Positions 13,155 through 25,392 of a stretch of 64,000 nucleotides of DNA are shown here, piece after piece. The stretch's first letter is position 1; each line of letters starts with the position of its first letter. The stretch covers positions 45,322,001 through 45,386,000 of the forward strand of contig NC_043014.1 in assembly GCF_006345805.1 (NCBI RefSeq), written 5' to 3'. Source of the stretch: Octopus sinensis. Taxonomy: Eukaryota. Position numbers and translations under genes: made by a program. The notes beneath the pieces were generated by a model. That model was given only the letters and a program-made list of their open reading frames with translations, did no database searches and was not told the DNA's origin.

Positions 13155-13360
13155 GTAAAATCATTAGCATACCAAGCAAAATTCTTAGCAGCATTTCATC
13201 TCTCTTTACATTCTGAGTTCAAATTCTGCTGAGGTCGACTTAGTCTTTTATCCTTTCAAGGTCAATGAAATAAGTACCAGTTGAGTACTGAGGTAGATGT
13301 AATTGACTTACTACTTCCCCTGAAACTGCTGGCCTTGTACCAAAATTTGAAATCAATATT
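13155..13360 (+). mobile_element. SINE family B (tail type 2), degenerate
   Basis: Same head, core and tail as 8393-8600. Confidence 0.75.
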
Positions 13361-13794
13361 TATGATATTCTTTATTAACAAGGAAAAGGTTTCTATTTGA
13401 CACTGTACCTTTTTAATATTTTTAATTTTTATGTACTATGGGTTAAAATATATAAATGATGAAATACTTGAACATTAATTAGACAATAAGTTAAATGCAT
13501 ATAACTAAATTAGGGGCCGATTAAGAAAACCAAATCTACAATTAATAAGCAAAATTTTTAAAAAACTGTTTGGAGTTGATGTTTTATTTTATCAAAATTT
13601 TACTTAGTAAGATAACTATTTGGGTATTTGGGTAGTCAACCTAGCTCTCTTTAATAAATCATATGATAATCTAAAGGTTACATGCAAACAGAAATCACTA
13701 AGTTTATTGGTCTCTTTTGTTGAACCATTATGTTACAGAGATGCAAATAAACTAACACTGGTTGTCAGCTGGTAGTAGTGGAGAATAAACACAA

Positions 13795-13975
13795 GACACA
13801 CACATATACATAAACAGTGGGCTTCCATACAGTTTCTATCAATCAAATTCATTCACAATGCATTGCTCAGCCTGGAGCTATAGTACAAGATACTTGCCCA
13901 AGGTGTGACAGAGCGGGACTGAACTCAAAACCATGTGATTGCAAAGTGAGCTTCTTAACCACACAGCCGTACCTA
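13795..13975 (-). mobile_element. SINE family A 5' half, degenerate
   Basis: GATACTTGCCCAAGGTG...GGGACTGAACTC...AACCACACAGCC aligns to family A in reverse. Confidence 0.7.
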
Positions 13976-14116
13976 GTAACTACATATTTAGAGGAACATT
14001 TTCCTTTTGTTTTAAATTTTGTTTAATATTGAATGAAACATTTCTTATGGTTATGTAACAGAACAGAAGAGGATGAACATTAGCCACAACCCTACTTACA
14101 CATTTTCTAATTTATT

Positions 14117-14326
14117 GCCAGCGCAGCCCCAACTGGCCTCTGTGCCGGTGGCACGTAAAAAGCACCCACTACACTCACGGAGTGGTTGGCATTAGGAAGG
14201 GCATCCAGATGTAGAAACACTGCCAGATCAGACTGGGCCTGGTGCAGCCTCCTGGCTTCATAGACCCCAGTTGAACCGTCCAACCCATGCTAGCATGGAA
14301 AACGGACATTAAACGATGATGATGAT
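14117..14326 (+). mobile_element. SINE/LINE-tail family C, 3' part with (GAT)n tail
   Basis: GTGCCGGTGGCACGTAAAAAGCACC...TTAGGAAGGGCATCCAG...AAACGATGATGAT; also at 19167 and 27921. Confidence 0.85.
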
Positions 14327-16179
14327 TCTGTTCTAATTTTGTGGCAAGATTAACATCTTAGGGTTTTAATAATTTTTATTCCAAGTTTATCTGAAGCTGT
14401 AGTTCATTTGCCATTTAATCACCTACTAAAATTACATGATTACCCAAAATTAACCACCTGTTTTGTGAGATTCCTGATATACATTGTCTGTATATCAGCC
14501 AGTAAATTACAAAGTCAGTTTCATATATTATGATCAGTGATGCAATGTCTCTCGGCAAACATAATTCTCAATAAATATCATGAGGATGCACAATCCGCTC
14601 GTGTAAATAGTAAAGGAACTGTGGAAATGATGTCTTTCTTTAGTTTGAAGTGATTTCTTCCATGGAAGAGCAATAAGACTGGCATTCCTATTCAGAAAGG
14701 GAAATATATTCCAACAACTTTATGTGATGAGAGCTGGGATAATCTTCTACTAAGAGATGCCTTTTAGAACAGGCATTGTATACGAGTCTCTGAAGTGAAA
14801 GGTTCTGCTCAAATTAGATCCAATCAACAGTCTCATCCCTCCATCACACCCATACCCATTCTTCTGTATCAGTATCCCAGATATTTTCTATCCTAGTTAT
14901 GTGTTGATCAAATTATAAGAATTGAATGAATGAATCATTCATTCTCACTACATATCCATAAAACCTCTTGCTTCTCTCTTGATGCTTTTCATTTCCAACT
15001 TAATTAACAATGAACAATATAATAATTTGCTTTTTATTCCCATTTTATTTAATTAAATAGCTTTTCATCTAGATTAATTTATCAATGAAAGGCATTGCTA
15101 TATTCTGAAGAATGATGTTTCATAGCATTGTTTAACTACAACAATAAAATCAAGATTGAATTTCAATGTAAGCAGACCATCATGTTTTTAATAGAAAGAT
15201 GACAGTATCACAGTGAAGAGCTTTTACAACAGCAGTCAGCAACATCAAGCAAACAGTCATCCCAGAACAAATAAAAGCCTTATAATCAAGGAACAATGAC
15301 TCTTTTTTCTTGAAATGTTTACACCCAGTTTAGAAAATGTTTGGGGAGGCACAATCTTGTATGATTTTTTTCTTCTTTTTCTCTTTCTCTCCCCCTTTCT
15401 TTCTTTTTTACCTTTTTAGATTAACTATTTGCAATAGTTACAACTAAATGAAATACAATTTATCAAGGTTAGATTTTCTTTTCAGCATTTGTCAATATTT
15501 TACTAAAGTTCAACAGATATGAAGAACTTGATGGTATTAGCTCTATACGGTTTGCACACTCTCAATGATTTAATTCCAAAAGCAAAAGCATAAACAATAT
15601 TGTGCATGATATAATAATGGCTTATTCTCCCCCACAGCCATCTCCCCCACTCACAAAATATATTGGATTTTCTTCATTCTTTCCAGTTGTTTAACAATGA
15701 CTTCTGTATTTACTCCAGAAAAGGTCAGCATAGAGTGATTAGAAGAACACCCACCCATTACAATTCACACAGAACAATCATACTGAAGCCTCTTTATTCA
15801 CAGAACAAAACGTATACACGGCTTAAACAAACAGTGTCATAATACCTCATTAGAAACTCATCTAATTGTTCATGTTTTGAATTCCTAATTAAATAGATTT
15901 GTATATTAATTTTCTTTTGACTAGATACAAGCTAGACAATTCTCAAGAGAGAAGAAACAGTGTTGTGGTGTTATACCTTTCCCAAGGGTTTTAACAGTAC
16001 AACTGGAGTGAAATTATCTTCAGCCAGAAATCAAAGCAACAATCAAGGTCTTCATTGTTATTCTACATTATGGATTTATGGATTATAAGCATATCTGATA
16101 AATGCTTATGTAATTAACAGCAACTAGTGATCCACTACAGCAACAAAGGCAATATATATAGTCTCAGCTTTTTCTCTTA

Positions 16180-16620
16180 GATTCAGTTGTGGCATATGAG
16201 ATCAATTTAGGAACCACACACAAGCAAGTGAGACACACTTTGGTGCAATATGAAAATAATCAAGATGGTCATCGATAGTTTTTAAAATGTTTCTTGGGCC
16301 ATCCTACAAGAGAACTCCACAGAGCAGCAAATACACTACATAATATTCATCTCATGGTGACATCAAAGCTGTGATGGAAGAAATATCACACCAATGCTCA
16401 TAAGCCCAGGTCTGTCAAGTACCTCCATTCTAATCTATAGAAACCATAGGGAACATGTATGGAATAGCTCAAATTGGTAGCTGTATTTTCTGCACTGAGT
16501 TGATGTTTCACATTCATAGACTAGACCAGGGATTACAATAGCTTTGTTAACTTCTTTAATAGTTCGATGTTGTGGTCATTCTGCACTCATGTACAGAGTT
16601 ATCCAACTGCTTGACTGGCT
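16180..16620 (-). mobile_element. RTE-clade LINE 3' relic
   Basis: Minus frame AIVIPGLVYECETST...FELFH resembles the RTE VIPTLLYGCETWT...LEQFH motif. Confidence 0.55.
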
Positions 16621-16904
16621 TTGATAATTTTAGTTAAAATTTCCTTTTTCTAAAATACATTAGATGATATGACACTAGCTAGATATTTGAACACAACATC
16701 TAGGTTCTGCCCTGTCTTTCTAGAAAAATGCGCAGTCAACTTTTCCAGTAAATGATGTAGCATGTATATCATCATTGTTTCAGTATCCATCCATGCATGC
16801 ATGTGTCAGACAGCATTCACTGAAGCACATTTTCTGCAACCAGATTTTCACACGACCAGACAGGTTTTTATGGAAGATTGGAAACAAACGATGCCACTTG
16901 TATG

Positions 16905-17068
16905 CCACAGGAGCAGGGCTGTGTGATAAGTAGCTTGCTAACCAACCACATGGTTCCGGGTTCAGTCCCACTGCGTGGCATCTTGGGCAAGTGTCTTCTG
17001 CTATAGCCTCGGGCCGACCAAAGCTTTGTGAGTGGATTTGGTAGACGGAAACTGAAAGAAGCCTGTCG

Positions 17069-17105
<37 letters not shown>

Positions 17106-17328
17106 ATATGTTTGTGTGTCTGTGTTTGTCCCTCTAGCATTGCTTGACAACCGATGCTGGTGTGTTTACATCCCCGTCACTTAGCGGTTCGGCAAAAGAG
17201 ACCGATAGAATAAGTATTGGGCTTATAAAGAATAAGTCCTGGGGTCGATTTGCTCGACTAAAGGCGGTGCTCCAGCATGGCCGCAGTCAAATGACTGAAA
17301 CAAGTAAAAGAGTAAAAGAGTAAAGAGT
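16905..17328 (+). mobile_element. SINE family A, full length
   Basis: Complete head, internal microsatellite and (GTAAAAGA)n tail. Confidence 0.92.
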
Positions 17329-17502
17329 ATCATGGTGACACTTGTTTACAACTATCATGCAATGTCGAGACAAGAGGGCACAAGCACACACCCCCCACAC
17401 ACACAGACATATATTTAATGAACTCTTTCAGTTTACATCTACCAAATTCACTCACAAGGTTTTTGTCTGTATGAGGCTATAGCAGAAGACACTTGCCTAA
17501 GG

Positions 17503-17862
17503 TGTCGGTTGTGAGAGTAAATTCAATAACTGTTTATTCATAGGTGCTTCGTACAAGGGATTTGCTTTCAGTAACCATCTGCACAGCAGTGCGTAGTTCG
17601 CCTTCTCTCCCATACACGTGAGGTTCAATAACCTCTGGAGACAATGCATGTGGTATCACAGTGGGACAAAAGTCTGCTGTGAGATCCTGGCTTCGAAGTC
17701 TTGCTTGGCGTCAGTGTGAAAAGAATGAGAGGGAAAATGCTGTTGTCGTTTCCTTAAATAATGGCTGCAGGTGAGATCTCGCTTTTGTCTCGCGTATGGC
17801 AATGTTTGCAGGTGAGATCCCACTGTTTCAAAATGGTGCTGGCTTCTTTGTGCCTCGCTACA
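17503..17862 (-). mobile_element. Probable solo LTR inserted in a degenerate family A SINE
   Basis: TGT...ACA termini; AATAAA on minus near 17535; GC-richer than flanks; SINE sequence on both sides; no TSD. Confidence 0.45.
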
Positions 17863-19166
17863 AGCTTCTTAGCCACATAACCCAATGTTTCTGAGGAATT
17901 ATTTCTAGGAAGCAACTAAAAGCATTTGTCAAGTATAGATATAGATATATAATTATTATTCAAGATAAGTTTTTCTTTAGCCATTGACGCTTATTGGTAA
18001 ATTGACTAACGATGAAGATATTTTACAACAGAGAATCCTAACAATAACTGAACACAATTATTTTAAAGCTAAGAAAAGTAGATATAACAATAGATTGTAT
18101 CTGAAATAAAAGACTTAAAAAAGACTTTGCTCTGATTCAAATTGAAATTTTTCTTCTTTACTGTTACTCTTGATTCTTATTTCTATTCAGTTAATTAATA
18201 TGTTGATTAAAAGGTCATGTACCTGTCTATATAATATTAGGCTTCTGAACTTATAAAGAAATAAAAATTTATTTAATCATTAGAAAAAAGATGCTCTCAT
18301 TGATAAATGTCATATTTGTAGAAATATAAAAAAAATAGTTATTTTAGATCTTGTGACATTTAGTTTGATACAACAATTACATTGTTAAGTCTCAGACTAG
18401 TAAGAAAATTGTAAAACTCTTGAAATGAAAGAGAATGTAGAACATACAAATTTAGGACTTGATCACTGTTGCTACTAAGAACAAGGCTTTGCCTATGTAA
18501 ATAAATATTAACAATGACCAGGCTTAGAACCTAGCCTTATACGTTAACTGCCTGAATATGGCTTTTAGTTAAAAGGTGAGATAGTGTGAGCAAATATTCC
18601 CCTGATACCTAGATTAGACAAGTCTCTTTGAAAATGTCATGAACTTGTCACTAAATACAATGAAATAGAGAAGGCTACAAGGAATGGAAAGAGAGATCAT
18701 TACAACTCTAACTAAATCTTATATACTGACTTCTGAGAATATAAATAATTGCATTTGAAAGATTCACAAAGACAATGCATTATAATAAGATACTAGATAA
18801 TTGATAGAACTGTAGACAGAATTCTGTGACTGGGATTTGAGTTTCTTGCTTGAATAACAGACTTACAATTTTAATAACTAGAGAAATGTTCTGGTTAGCA
18901 TACATGTAATTTTAGGCAATTTTAGTTTAGCATTCTTGGAATTTCACTACTAAGATAAATATCATTATATAATGTACAATCTCAAAACAACATTTTTCTT
19001 AATATATACATAACACCCTCTCCTTCAATTAGAGATAAAGGTTTGGAAATGTGGATTAAATTTATGCTACTACATTTGTGAATGACTTATGAATACAGGG
19101 GCAATAAATATTAACAATCAAAACTGAGTTTTGCACTGAAGAAATTTATTTTTATTGATAAACTTC

Positions 19167-19584
19167 ATAATCATCATCATCATCATCGTTTAACGTCCGT
19201 TTTCCACGCTAACACAGGTTGGACAGTTCGACTGGGTTCTGGGAAGCCAGGAGGCTGCACCAGGCTCCAGTCTGATCTGGCAGTGTTTCTACAGCTGGAT
19301 GCCCTTCCTAACGCCAACCACTCCGCGAGTGTAGTGGGTGCTTTTTACGTGCCAGGGGAGTCTGGCAGTGACCACGATCGGTTGGTGCTTTTAACGTACC
19401 ACCAGCACGGAAGCCAGTCAAGGCGGCGCTGGCATCGGTCACGCTAGGATGGTGCTTTTTACGTGCCACCGGCACAGAAGCCAGTTTAGGTGGTGCTGGC
19501 ATCGGCCACGTTCAGATGGTGCTTTTTATGTGCCACCGGCACAGGTATCACAACTACTATTTCCATTGATATTTATTTCGATGT
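19167..19584 (-). mobile_element. SINE/LINE-tail family C
   Basis: Reverse complement of 14117-14326 and 27921-28270; (ATC)n tail; internal GTGCC(A)CCGGCAC repeats. Confidence 0.88.
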
Positions 19585-19645
19585 TCATGTACATCAAAAT
19601 AAATATCAATGGAAATAGTAGTTATTATACCTGTGCCGGTGGCAC
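19530..19645. repeat. Fold-back inverted duplication, 55-bp arms, 6-nt loop
   Basis: 19530-19584 is the reverse complement of 19591-19645 with 3 mismatches. Confidence 0.95.
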
Positions 19646-19777
19646 AATTAAAAGTATGTATAAAGCAGCTATGATTTATTATGAAGAGGCCTTATTGTAC
19701 GGCCAGTGAAGACTGAAGTGCAATGCTTCCATAAGCTCATGGGCTTATTACATGCATGAGATATTTTCTCCCTTTAA

Positions 19778-19977
19778 CCCTTTTGATACCAACTCCTTGA
19801 AATTACCCCTTCCTGTTTTAAAGTGATCTAAATTAAAACCTTCCTTTAAAATTTATGCTAATTTGTTCCAAACACCAACTCAAAAATGACAAAGTTATTC
19901 TACTAAATTTTTCATTATTTTAAAAATCAATTAAAGCAAAAGCAATGTATTTCAACAAAAATATGGTTGCAAAAGAG
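19778..19977 (+). mobile_element. piggyBac-type MITE family P3
   Basis: TTAA 19774-19777 and 19978-19981; CCCTTTTGATACC...GGTTGCAAAAGAG. Confidence 0.7.
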
Positions 19978-20121
19978 TTAAACTTTTGAGAGTTGGGATA
20001 ACAGAAAAGACACTTTGATTCTACAACTAATTAGATGTCGTAGCATGAAATAAGGTGAAAATATACAACCTGAAAACGACCAAATAAAATTATGTGTAAA
20101 ACCAAAACGTAAAAATATAAT

Positions 20122-20340
20122 GTTAAGTTAAGTTAATTTTTTGGCTCAAAAAGCAAAAAGCAAGGCCATGTAGGGGGACATGGAGTTATGTACAGGGTGG
20201 TGGTCATCGGCATCTTCACTATCTTGTCCGGCAGTTTATTCCATGGATCCACAACCCGGATGGAGAAAGCCCCACTCCTTCGATTGAGATGAAATCGTTG
20301 CAGATAGAGCTTTTCGGAGTGATCCCGCAGCTAACGCTTG
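20122..20340 (-). mobile_element. 5'-truncated CR1-type LINE 3' end with a ~53-bp internal deletion
   Basis: Aligns to 7496-7797; (TTAAC)n tail. Confidence 0.85.
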
Positions 20341-20835
20341 AAATTTAGATAATTTTTTTGTTTTACTCTAATAGATAAAAACTATCTGTGGAATTTTATT
20401 TATTATCTGATGAGGAAAATAAATTTCACTCACTTCAACATTTGTTACAATAAAAGTCCTCAAGATTATAACATTAACTTTAAAATCTTATCCCTCAGAA
20501 CTTGGAAGATGGAAAAAAATTGCAGATTTAAAATTTTTACCAATTATTAAATTTCTTGTTTAGGTGAGCACAAAAATGTTTTCTCTAACATTTGTGGCAA
20601 AATCCACCACAAAAAAAAAAAAAAATGTTAATAATTCCCAATCTAAAATATTTTTTTCTACTTTTTAACTGCCATTTTAATCCAGAAAGATTGACAGTTA
20701 ATATAATTTAATCTCATATATTTCGTGTCTGCCTTTTATGGCAATTTCCTCATGGATTTCATGCCTTAATAAACTTATTAGATCTAACAGAATAATTTAG
20801 CTTGTCAAAACCTTCACAATGTTAATTTCCTTTAA

Positions 20836-21282
20836 CCCTTTAGCATTTAACCCTTTCGTGACCAACCCGGCTGAAACCGACTCTGGCTCTGAGTACAAAT
20901 GTTTTGTTTTCATAAGTTTTGAATTAAAATCTTCCACCAAACCTTAGTCATAATTTATGTTCTTAACACTAGCTGAAAGATAACTAAGTTATTTTACTAA
21001 ATTCTTTGTTATATTTAAAGTAATTGAAACAAATACAGAGTTTTTTAAAAATTAATACAGTAACAAAAGGGTTAAACCAGCCACATCCAGCCCAAAATAT
21101 TCTACCTGTTCCATATTAAAACTGGTCACATCTAGCCTTTCACACCTACCAGATAATGTAAATTAAAACATAAACAATCACATCACTGAAATCTAAAAGT
21201 TACAAGATTAATACAGGATTAATTCAAGACAATGTGAATAAATATGTGTTAGATTTGACAGAGTAATCTGAATGCTAAAGGG
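20836..21282 (+). mobile_element. piggyBac-type MITE P1 interrupted by MITE P2
   Basis: CCCTTTAGCATT...AATGCTAAAGGG termini; TTAA/TCAA flanks. Confidence 0.85.
20851..21071 (+). mobile_element. piggyBac-type MITE family P2 nested in P1
   Basis: TTAA TSD at 20847-20850 and 21072-21075; CCCTTTCGTGAC...GTAACAAAAGGG; reverse complement of 34520-34742. Confidence 0.9.
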
Positions 21283-21547
21283 TCAATCACTGACAACTTT
21301 TCCATGTTTGCTTTATACCAGTATAATAACCATTGTACTAATTGTTGCAGTTAATGGTTGCCATTTCTTAACAAGAAATATTTCAACAAAGAAAAGAATT
21401 CTTTTACAGATCATATAAAATTAAAATAAGGCTTTACAAGCCCTATAAGGTCAGATGTATTAAATATATCCCGTGCAGTTGTATAAAAGCTTTATAGTTA
21501 TCAACCCACAACTTATTTATTACTGTCACTAAAGTCAATATATATTC

Positions 21548-21705
21548 TTTTCTACTCTAGACACAAGGCCTGAAATTTTGGGAGAGGGGGCCAGTTGATT
21601 AAATCGACTCCATTATGCAACTGGTACTTAATTTATCAACCCCGAAAGGATGAAAGGCAAAGTCGACTTTGGCAGAATTTGAACTCAGAATGTAAAGACA
21701 GGCGA
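21548..21705 (-). mobile_element. SINE family B (tail type 2)
   Basis: CTGGTACTTAATTTATCAACCCCGAAAGGATGAAAGGCAAAGTCGAC core in reverse. Confidence 0.8.
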
Positions 21706-22409
21706 AAAGTCAATATATATTAAAATATGACTCAAACATTTGTTAGACATAACAAAAATGTTTGAAAGGGCAACTACATCTGAAAAAGTAACTGAAGAAA
21801 GCAATTAAAAGGGTTAGAGTCTTACAATATTGTTGAGAAGAAATGTGTATGTTATTTTTAAAATGGAGAAGTTTTCATTAAATTAGTTTCAGTATACTAG
21901 TCTCAGCACTCCAGTTTTATGAACAGAAAATATTTCTGGTCAAAGGCACTCTAAGAAGTTTTAATCTAAACAATATCAAAATAACTACCTCAGAACATAT
22001 AAAATTACAGAAATTTTCTAGTTAAAGTACATGTGATTTGGCATTAACATTCTTGGAATCTTGCTTCTAAGATGAAAAGCTGAATATTTAATCTCCAAAC
22101 AACTTGCATTTTTTTTTCTAATTTAGACCCTATTGAATTTAAAATGTAAAATTAAAAATTCAATTTTTTTTCAATGTAATATATATATGTAATATGTGGA
22201 AGTAGATGTTAATATGCTTGCAATATATATAATCATTAAAATGCCTAGAAACAGGATATTATAAATTATACTTTTTCTTATATCTCAAGCTGATAGATGA
22301 CCTGCTATTCAGAAATCGTATAGAAATGCATTGAAAATAGAAACCAGATATTGAATAAGATCAAGTTATACAGAAAATAGAATGGAGCACTATAATACAC
22401 ACCCACACA

Positions 22410-22800
22410 TATGGCTGTGTGTGTGATTAAAAAGTTCGCTTTGCAACCACATAGTTTTGAGTTCAGTCTGTCAGGCACCTTCGGCGTCTTCTATTATAGC
22501 TCTAGAATTATCCAAGCCTTGTGAAGGGATTTTGTAGACAAAAACCCAAAGAAGTCTTGTGTGTGTACCTGTTGTATGTGTGTACTCGTTCGTATCTCTT
22601 TATCTCGACATTGCATGCTAGTTGTAAAATGTCAGTGTCTAATAAGTGGTATCATTCATTTGTAATCTTCCATGAAAACTTGTCAAGCCAATGTGCTGCT
22701 CGTGTTCAAAGGAATAGGGGAAATATTACTTGGCTTGGAAACAGACAGGAAGAGCATCCAGCCGTAGAAAATCTACCTGAGTGAATTCCGACTAACTTAT
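22410..22800 (+). mobile_element. Old SINE related to family A head
   Basis: TGGCTGTGTG...GAGTTCAGTC...GGCACCTTCGGC.TCTTCTATTATAGC...CCTTGTGAAGGGATTTTGTAGAC. Confidence 0.55.
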
Positions 22801-23773
22801 GTACCCATGGAAAGTTCAAGCAATAAGTCATGCATGTAATAGCCCATAAGCTTATGGAAGCATTGCACTTCAGTCTTCATAGTGGCTGGCAGTATGATCA
22901 CACACACACACACATCATAGGGTTTGAGGTTCAACCTCACTGAATGGCCTCTTGAGCTGTCATGCATGGAAAATGAAAAGAGGTTCACCTACCTTCCTCT
23001 CTTGTCTTCACCTGTCTAGTAGTAATCTCTCCGGCAATCCTACCCTACCCCTATCACCCAGTATAAGCAGCTGCTATCTGACCAACCCGTGAGTGAAACC
23101 ATTGATGTCCATTCATGATGCCTCCAGCGGGCAAGAAGAGCCTGACCTTCACCTCTCTTGCTTCCTCTTCCGGTCAGTCTCTTAACCATTGACATCAGGA
23201 CCCTCTTCTTCTAGCTCATCCCCACATGCCCTCCTGATCTCAAAGACCACCTCCTCACGTCACTCCATGTCAAAATCTACCGCCCACCTGGGTGGGAACC
23301 TTGAATGTTGTGATCTTCTTAAGCTGGGAACCTCATTCTCTTCCTCCTCTTCACACTCATCATCCAACGAAGTGACAATCTTACAAACATCCAAAACATG
23401 ACATGGCATTCCATCCACAGAAATGTTGTTATTAGAATTGATTGCCGTCACTATTCCTCTGTTCCACTGAGTTGTGCAGTGTGCCTTTGATGGTTTGACT
23501 CAGATTTCATCTCCCACCTCCACGAAGACAGGGCCTCTCTCTTCTACAGGGCATCTCAATGGTTTTTTTAGGATGCCACCATTCATATTTGAATATTGCT
23601 CTATGTGGCATGGACTTTTCAGCCTGTTCTGATTGGGGTGACATGTTGCACCAGAAAACTGCTTCCAGTTGCGAGACATGTCCCCTCACCACCATGGCCT
23701 TAAAGAGGAACCTATTCTCAGACCAGGGACCTGGTCTGAATACTAAAAGCACCCAAGGTACCACGTAGCAGTG

Positions 23774-24256
23774 TTAAACTGGATGACAGAATAAGTCTAC
23801 CACCCAAATAGTTTCCTTCAGATGCCTCACAACCTCTGTGGCAGGCACTACAGTCTCATGCACTAAGATGTCATCTACATAGGAAGTGGTGGCCCTTCTT
23901 ATCCTATCCACCTTTCCCAGGATGGATTTGAGCACTGTCGCTATGATCTTTGGTGCAGACTTCAGCCCAAAAGCCAACCATGTCAAACAATATGTCCAGC
24001 TCTTGTATCGCACCAACTGATACTGCCACAGTTTGTCGCTCACATGGAGCTGGAAATATGCTGACTTCAAGTTGACGATCATTGCTGCCTTAGTTGACTG
24101 TCTCCATATGTGCAGCATCTCATCGCAGACGTCAGTGGCCTCACCACCTGTGTGGCACAATACATGTCCATTCATCCCCTGAAAGTCCAGTACCGGTCTG
24201 ACTTTCCCCTTGGTTGGCTGCACCACTGCCACTAGAGGTAGTACTCTGCTCACCAC
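23774..24256 (-). pseudogene. Gypsy reverse transcriptase fragment
   Basis: KVRPVLDF...LKSAYFQL...TYCLTWLAFGLKSAP...SYVDDILV. Confidence 0.9.
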
Positions 24257-24839
24257 CTCCTACTCCCATAGGATAAGAACACCTTCTTTAATCCACCTCT
24301 CTACTTCTTCTTCAAACTTGCTCTTAGCATGTCCTTTCAGGATATGCTGGTAGCAGCTCACCCTGTTCTTCAGTGTCAGAGGCTCCTCTTTCCAGCATCA
24401 CTTTATTGTCCACCGCTGACCATCAAACGCTGTCCAAAAATCCTTGTCTTCAATGGTGTAGAAAGTGCAGCTCCTTGTAGAGCTCTGCTTTCGCTCACAT
24501 CCCTGACTCACAGCACCAAATGAAACTATGTCTCCTCCAACACTGACGCCTCCAAAGTGATCGATCACCATTACCACATCAATCCCATCTACCATGTAGC
24601 TGATCGCGATCGCCTGCAGCCTTAGCATTATGCCTCGCACTGCTATCTCCACATTGCTCCTACCCTAGCATTTGATTTTGCTGCAATTTACCACCAAAAT
24701 ACTACTCATTCTTTTCCATTTTTTGTCACTTTTGGGGTCACAAGAGTCATCATGCAGTCCATGTCCATGAGGGCTGCACAACATGTTTCTGCCAAACTCG
24801 ACCTCAACTAGGGGCAGCAACTTTACCAACGCCTCTACT

Positions 24840-25310
24840 CATTCATGGGGGAAGTTTGAGAGGCAGCAACTTCCCCATAGCCTTTTCCCTGGCCACAATT
24901 TCAGGTAATATGCCCAGGCTGTTTGCACCGGTAGCAAACTGGTCTGGGCTCTGCGCAATCCCTGACACTTAAAACACTGGCCTGTGAACGGCCACTGTCG
25001 TTCCACAACAGGCCTCTTTTTGTCTTTCCCCGGCCGTTGCGGGCTTCTGCAGCCACCATCACCACTGCCTTCCACCCAGTGTTTTGTGTCAACATGCAAG
25101 CTTGAATGATGATTTCACTCATTGCCATTTTTTTACCACCTGGAAATTGCCGCAGTCGCACCGAAATGTCATCAGGAAAGCCATTCATGAGGGCCAGTCA
25201 CGCTACCTCCTCCAGTCCCTCTTCAGTGAGACCAGACAATACAACCAGCCTCTGTACCTCCACAGGATATTCGTCAACTTGTTCCCCCTGTCCATCTGAC
25301 TGTTCCCAGC
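24840..25310 (-). pseudogene. Gypsy gag fragment with CCHC zinc knuckle
   Basis: GEQVDEY..EVQRLV.LSG...*LALMNGFPDDISVRLRQ and CYRCKQPGHI; frameshifts and stops present. Confidence 0.7.
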
Positions 25311-25318
25311 TTAGCCCA

Positions 25319-25392
25319 AAGTGCCATGCAGTAGGACTGAGCCTGGAATCACGTGGGTGAGAAGCAGACTTCTTACCTCACAGCCACACCTG
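25319..25392 (-). mobile_element. SINE family A 5' fragment truncating the Gypsy element
   Basis: AAAGTGCCATGCAGTAGGACTGAGCCTGGAATCACGTGG...CACAGCCAC. Confidence 0.65.

Larger units (their letters stand above)
22990..25318 (-). mobile_element. Degenerate, internally deleted Ty3/Gypsy LTR retrotransposon (gag-protease-RT-RNaseH, integrase C-terminus only)
   Basis: Gag with CYRCKQPGH knuckle, RT motifs, and a VDGMPCHV integrase C-terminal-like motif; GC-richer than flanks; 5' end cut by a SINE fragment. Confidence 0.85.

Noticed and set aside
14560-14890. Minus-strand stretch with protein-like composition in one frame
   Set aside because: Four or more stops and no recognisable motif; it cannot be distinguished from a decayed TE or chance.
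19707-22880. ~52-bp segment shared in inverted orientation (19707-19757 versus 22828-22880)
   Set aside because: Translates to KTEVQCFHKLMGY, resembling the RTE-type FEM.C.RKLLGI motif; most simply two independent LINE fragments rather than a specific inversion.
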